Shown: one piece after another, positions 62,835 through 64,000 of the stretch | How the letters are laid out: every line of letters starts with the position of its first letter | Numbering within the stretch: the first letter of the stretch is position 1 | The notes under the pieces: model-generated | The model's database searches: none | Seen by the model: the letters and a program-made list of their open reading frames with translations, nothing else | Told to the model about the DNA's origin: nothing | From: Chiloscyllium plagiosum | Taxonomy: Eukaryota | Direction of reading: 5' to 3' | NCBI RefSeq assembly: GCF_004010195.1 | Contig: NC_057720.1 | Location: 33,346,195-33,410,194, forward strand | DNA length: 64,000 nucleotides | Program-made: the position numbers and the translations under genes

Positions 62835-64000
62835 TCATAGAGTCATAGAAGTAGACAGAAAACAAGGAGCTACAGATCATAGAACAGTACAGCACAGTAC
62901 AGGGTCTTCAGCCTTCGATGTTGTGCTGACCTTTTATCCTACTTTTATCCTACACATCCTTCATTTCCCTACCCACGTGCCTATCCAAGAGTTGTTTAAA
63001 TGTCCCTAATGTATTTGACTCTATTACCACTGCCAATTGTGCATTCCACACACCTACCACTCCCTGGACATCGCCCATAAACTTTCCACCAATCACCCCC
63101 TTGTGACAGCCATTTCTGCCCTGGACAAAAGTCTCTGGCTATTCATTCTATCTATGTCTCTCATCATCTTTTTTTTTACACCTCTCTCAAGTCGCCTTCT
63201 TTGCTCCAATGAGAAAAGCCCTAGCTCCCTCAATCTTCTTTCATAAGACATGCCCTCCAGTTCAGCATCCTGGTAAATCTCTTCTACACTCTCTCTCTTC
63301 CACATCTTTCTCACAACGGGGCGACCAGAATTCAACACAATATTCCAAGTGTGGTCTAACCAGGGCTTTACAGAGTGGCAGCATAACCTTGCAGTTCATA
63401 AGCTCAATCCCCAGCAATGAAAGCCAACATACCATACGCCTTAACAACCCTATCAACTTGGGTGGCAACTTTGAGGGATCTATGGACGTGGACTCGAAGA
63501 TGCCTCTGTTCCTCCACACTGTCAAGAATTCTGCCTTTAACCCTATATTCTGCATTCAAATTCCTTCTAAAACAAATCACTTCACATTTTTCCAGGTTGA
63601 ACTCCATCAACCGCTTCTTAGCGCAATTCTGCATCCTGTTAATGTCCTGTTGCAATCTACAACAGTCCTCCACACTATCCATAACTTCATCAACCATTTT
63701 GTCATCGGCAAACTTACTAACCCACCCCTCCATTCCTCATCCAAGTCATTTCTAAAAATCACGAAGAGCAGAAGTCCGAGAACAGATTCCTGCGGAACAC
63801 CACTGATCACTGAGCTCCAGGCTGAATTCTTTCCATCTACTACCACCCTTTGTCTTCTATGAGCCAGCCAATTCTATATCCAGATCACCAAATTTCCCTG
63901 TATCCAATGCCTCCTTACTTTCTGAATGAGCCTACCATGGGGAACCTGATCAAATGCCTTGCCAAAATCCATATACACCATATCCACTGTTCTACCTTCA
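62835..64000 (-). mobile_element. CR1 RT-to-3' fragment, runs off window
   Basis: GVPQESVLG, SKFADD and [13 protein letters not shown]. Confidence 0.88.

Noticed and set aside
63209..63862. 217-aa plus-strand ORF
   Set aside because: Antisense shadow of CR1 ORF2

Overview
Repeat-dense vertebrate genomic DNA. HE1-type SINEs plus the CR1 and Penelope families point to a shark or other cartilaginous fish (inference). One host gene is supported: five coding exons of an ELOVL fatty-acid elongase on the minus strand (62244-62164, 50692-50636, 48670-48556, 46415-46288, 38808-38641). All have canonical GT-AG junctions and stay in frame; the protein most resembles elovl8, and its 5' exons lie beyond the right edge. 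Most of the rest is nested, decayed mobile DNA: many CR1 LINEs (one near full length with a zinc-finger/SGNH-esterase ORF1), a near full-length L1-clade LINE, nine HE1 SINEs, solo LTRs and Penelope-like (GIY-YIG) fragments. The most striking non-coding pattern is about 15 short Penelope pLTR-derived insertions from at least three families. They carry minimal hammerhead-ribozyme cores, are often palindromic, are often flanked by 9-16 bp target duplications, and show a recurring unpaired tail of about 35-40 nt. Repeat boundaries were read by eye and are approximate; exon, TSD and ribozyme coordinates were counted from the sequence.
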